Program-made: the position numbers and the translations under genes | Notes under the pieces: generated by a model | What the model was told of the DNA's origin: nothing | Database searches by the model: none | The model's input: only the letters and a program-made list of their open reading frames with translations | Shown here: one piece after another, positions 60,906 to 64,000 of the stretch | How positions within the stretch are numbered: the first letter of the stretch is position 1 | Layout of the letters: each line of letters opens with the position of its first letter | Origin: Candidatus Spongiisociaceae bacterium | GTDB taxonomy: Bacteria; Actinomycetota; Acidimicrobiia; Spongiisociales; Spongiisociaceae | Assembly: GCA_965219685.1 (NCBI GenBank) | Contig: CBDCOH010000002.1 | Span: 576,001 to 640,000 of the forward strand | Reading direction: 5' to 3' | DNA length: 64,000 nucleotides

Positions 60906-60938
60906 TGAGTGGTGAGTGGTGACTGGTGAGTGGTGAAT
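60906..60938 (+). repeat. heptamer array (TGGTGAN)4
   Basis: Read directly; follows the terminator hairpin. Confidence 0.85.
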
Positions 60939-61043
60939 GCCGGTAACTCATAGCGGTTATCTTTGGCGGGCTAGGACCGGGCCACGATGAACCAGGTGGT
61001 AGCCGTTCACCGGTGACTGGCACCTGGCAACTATGCTCCGGTC

Positions 61044-62078
61044 ATGACCGGCTTCTCCTGGCCCGAGACACTCGGAGTCCTCTCCAACGGTTCGAGCCTC
61101 ACCCGTGCCCAGGCCCGGAGAGCGATGCGTGAAGTGATGGGCGGGAGAGCCACGCGTGCCCAGATCGCCGGGCTCATCGTTGCGCTCCGCATGAAAGGTG
61201 AGACGGCCGACGAGATGGTCGGATTGGTCGATGGCATGCTGGAGGCTGCAACCAGGGCCGATCTCGGTGACGCCGACCCGGTGGACATCGTCGGCACAGG
61301 GGGGGATCGGTCCGGAACATTCAACATCTCGACCACCGCCTCGTTCATCGCTGCAGGCGCCGGTGTGCCCATCGCCAAACATGGCAACCGTTCGATGTCC
61401 TCGAAGTGTGGATCCGCCGACGTGCTCGAGGAACTGGGTGTGGTGATCGACCTACCCGTGGAGTTGAACCGCCAACTCTTCCACGACACCGGATACGCCT
61501 TCTTCCTGGCCCCTGTGTACCACCCGGCCATGCGCCACGCAGGTCCTGTGCGCCAGGAACTGGGCATACCCACCGTCTTCAACTTCCTCGGGCCACTCAG
61601 CAATCCTGCCCGGGTCAAGCGATACGCATTGGGGGTGTCGGACGGTCGGATGGCGGAGCGGATGATCGGTGTCCTCGGCGCCTTGGGAACTCGCCGCGCG
61701 CTCGTGTTCTACGGCAGCGACGGACTGGACGAACTGACCCTGAGCGGATCCTCGGTGGTCTGGCGCCTGTCGGGAGGCCAGATCTCACGGACGGAGTTCC
61801 TTCCGGAGGACGTGGGTTTGGCCCGCCGACCGGTCTCCGACGTGCTGGGCGGGACTGCGGAGGTCAACGCAGGCATCACCCGCCGCGTGCTCGGGGGTGC
61901 TCCGGGTCCGTACCGTGACATCGCCGTCCTGAACGCCGCCGCTGCGGTGGTGGTGTCCGGTCGGGCGGACACCATGCGAGAGGGCGTCACCATGGCCGCC
62001 GAGGCCATCGACAGCGGGGAGGCGGAGTCAGTGCTGGATACGGTGGTGAACCGCAGCCGCGAACTGGCCTCGGGCTGA
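61044..62078 (+). CDS. trpD: anthranilate phosphoribosyltransferase
   Basis: DIVGTGGD, FNIST, KHGNR, GSADVLE, FNFLGPLSNP, DGLDE. Confidence 0.97.
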   Translation: MTGFSWPETLGVLSNGSSLTRAQARRAMREVMGGRATRAQIAGLIVALRMKGETADEMVGLVDGMLEAATRADLGDADPVDIVGTGGDRSGTFNISTTASFIAAGAGVPIAKHGNRSMSSKCGSADVLEELGVVIDLPVELNRQLFHDTGYAFFLAPVYHPAMRHAGPVRQELGIPTVFNFLGPLSNPARVKRYALGVSDGRMAERMIGVLGALGTRRALVFYGSDGLDELTLSGSSVVWRLSGGQISRTEFLPEDVGLARRPVSDVLGGTAEVNAGITRRVLGGAPGPYRDIAVLNAAAAVVVSGRADTMREGVTMAAEAIDSGEAESVLDTVVNRSRELASG

Positions 62079-62129
62079 GCCCGGCCTCGACCGTTGATTC
62101 TGCCCCGGTAGGACGGTTTGGCGCTTATC

Positions 62130-62870
62130 ATGGGGCGGGTGAAGTTCCGACGTCTGGTCTTGCGAGTTGTAGTCATCGGTGCCTTCGTGCTGGCGGCGTG
62201 CGGCGGCGAAGCCCAAGGACCGTCCGAAACGGCGGAGCCGGCCGCAACTCCGGTTACCACCGCGGTGGCGACGACCGCTGCCGCCTCAGGACCGACCTCG
62301 ACTTCCGCAGAACCCGCCGCCACGACCGAAGCCCCGGCGACAACCGTGGCGGACGTTCAGGCTCCGGAGTCGACCACAACCGCCGACCCGGTGGAGGAGG
62401 AGGTCGTCTCCACTACGGTGGCGGAAACGACCGTGGTTACGGAACCCGCAGCCGTTCCCGAGGGTCCACCTGTCCCGGCCGTTACCTTGGAACTGGACGA
62501 CGGAACCACCTTCGTATCCACCGAAGCAACGGGACCTGTGCTCTACCTGTTCTGGGCGGAGTGGTGACCGGCATGTCGACGGGAGTTGCCCGTCGTCGAC
62601 TACCTGGCGGGCGAGTACGCGGGCCGGGTGGATGTGATCGCGGTCGCCTGGGCTTCCACGTACGAGAAAACGGCATCTGCAGCCCGGGGATTCCTCACAT
62701 CCGGGGCTACTCGCTGGCTTCTCGATGAGGACGATTCCGTGTTCGCCGCCTTTGAGGTCAATTACCAGCCCGTAGGCGTGTTCGTCGTGGACGGAGTAGA
62801 GGTGAACCGTTGGTTGGGATCCATCCCCGAGGACGAACTCCGGCAGGCCTTCGAGACCGCCATAGCTTGA
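62130..62870 (+). CDS. lipoprotein TlpA-like thioredoxin with selenocysteine (W-U-P-A-C)
   Basis: ORFs 62118-62567 and 62586-62870 share a frame; TGA 62565-62567 occupies the first Cys of FWAEWxPAC; hairpin 62577-62595; lipobox LAAC. Confidence 0.85.
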
Positions 62871-62919
62871 TTCGGTGTAGGTGTTAGAAGTGGTGGACCC
62901 CCATCAGGTTCACCATCCG

Positions 62920-63519
62920 TTAGCCCCGGTCGTCGGGTCCCTTCCGGAACTCACCCACCTGGCGGGCACCCACGGATTCTCCTGCAAGAATCTGCTCTAT
63001 CGCCCCGCTCAGCGTCAGTGCGTCACTCTCACCGAGTAGCTTTCCCACGATCCTGCCGCCGGCTATGAATATGGTCTCCGGCACGCCCACGATGCCGAAC
63101 TCGATGGCGGCCAAGGAGCCCGGATCCACGACGTAGTCGAAGGCCATGCCCCTCCCGAGTTCATCCAGGAAGGCGGCGGCCCGGTCGGGCCGGTCTTGGA
63201 ACGTAATCCCGACGAAGCGTACTGAACGGTCACGGTAGGCGTTTGCGGTGGAGACCAGGTCGGCATGCTCGTTCCGGCACTGGAGGCACCAGGAAGCGAA
63301 GAAGTTGAGCACTACCACCCTGTAATCGCCGGCAAGCGCGCGCAGTCCCACCATGCCTTCGTCCTCCAGGTAGGGAAGGGAGAGATCCGGAACCGGTGCG
63401 TCGATGACAGTTGGGACACCCTGCTCGGGCGAGCTTCCGAACCGGGAGGCGAACACCGCCACCGTCAGGCCGACCACAGCGAGCCCCGCCACCAGGAGAA
63501 GGCGGCCGGTACGGCTCAT
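62920..63519 (-). CDS. TlpA/CcmG(DsbE)-like thiol-disulfide oxidoreductase
   Basis: TM anchor, LNFFASWCLQCRNE, GVPET. Confidence 0.88.
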   Translation of the reverse strand: MSRTGRLLLVAGLAVVGLTVAVFASRFGSSPEQGVPTVIDAPVPDLSLPYLEDEGMVGLRALAGDYRVVVLNFFASWCLQCRNEHADLVSTANAYRDRSVRFVGITFQDRPDRAAAFLDELGRGMAFDYVVDPGSLAAIEFGIVGVPETIFIAGGRIVGKLLGESDALTLSGAIEQILAGESVGARQVGEFRKGPDDRG

Positions 63520-63538
63520 TCCGGCGTCCGGGCGTCGC

Positions 63539-64000
63539 TCATCGATCCGCATCCACCAGATCCCGAGCTTCGACCAAGGCATCCTCGATGAGCCGCCTCG
63601 CGTTACCCGGGAGGTCCTCCTCCGCCAACAGGGGCTCCAGGAGGGCGAGGGCCTCGTTTCCATCTCCTTGGTAGAGGCGGAGCAGCCCGAGGAACAGGTA
63701 CGTCTCCAGGTATTCCGGATCGATCTCGAGTGCTTCTACCAGGTAGGCCTGGGCGATGTCCTCTGCGCCCGACAGGTAGCTCATCCATCCCACTCTGGCC
63801 AATCCGCGGGCCCGGCGCGCGCTGTCCAGGGTTCCCTCAAGAGCTCCCAGGTAGTGGGGCAGGGCCGAGGAGAAGTCTCCCTGGTCGAAGTACCGGTCGG
63901 CCAGGCTGAGACGCATGGCGGCTATCTGAGGGACGTCCGGGTTGGCGGCGATGACCGCTTCCATCTGGTCGTTGGTGACTTCGGACAGGTCGACGGCTCC
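63539..64000 (-). CDS. TPR protein (CycH/CcmI-like), 5' end outside the window
   Basis: TPR-like helices (LADRYF.QGDF..AL.HY, ALEIDPEY); directly upstream of the CcmG-like gene. Confidence 0.65.
   Translation of the reverse strand, partial: GAVDLSEVTNDQMEAVIAANPDVPQIAAMRLSLADRYFDQGDFSSALPHYLGALEGTLDSARRARGLARVGWMSYLSGAEDIAQAYLVEALEIDPEYLETYLFLGLLRLYQGDGNEALALLEPLLAEEDLPGNARRLIEDALVEARDLVDADR

Noticed and set aside
62565-62567. Simple pseudogene or two separate genes
   Set aside because: The stop falls exactly on the catalytic Cys position, a SECIS-like hairpin follows and there is no other decay; kept only as the alternative explanation.

Overview
High-GC bacterial chromosome segment, inferred to be Actinomycetota and probably Acidimicrobiia-like (F420 genes cofD/cofE, DUF5719, DUF3090/SCO1664 cluster, tmRNA tag ending LAA). 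It is mostly core genes: a cell-envelope/glycosylation block (LCP, ugd, epimerase, GT2s, GT-C-like protein, phosphomannomutase), comF-hpf-secA-prfB-ftsEX-M23-smpB-ssrA, xerC-rpsB-tsf-pyrH-frr-cdsA-dxr-rseP-ispG-proS-rimP-nusA-infB-rbfA-truB-ribF-rpsO-pnp, rnpB, trpD and the end of a cytochrome c maturation cluster. Accessory parts are one frameshifted IS3 element, a two-gene orphan operon, and a lipoprotein plus two-component module after tmRNA. Signals the ORF track misses: (1) 7-bp-period intergenic arrays (TGGTGAR family) that mostly lie on the sense strand at gene 3' ends and supply four genes' stop codons, plus a second dispersed CTA-heptamer element that abuts -10 boxes; (2) a UGA-split lipoprotein thioredoxin with a UxxC motif and SECIS-like hairpin (selenoprotein); (3) a +1 programmed frameshift in prfB; (4) RibF with a degenerate kinase domain; (5) PNPase with a (RGGGG)9 tail. 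All calls come from reading the sequence; no searches were run.
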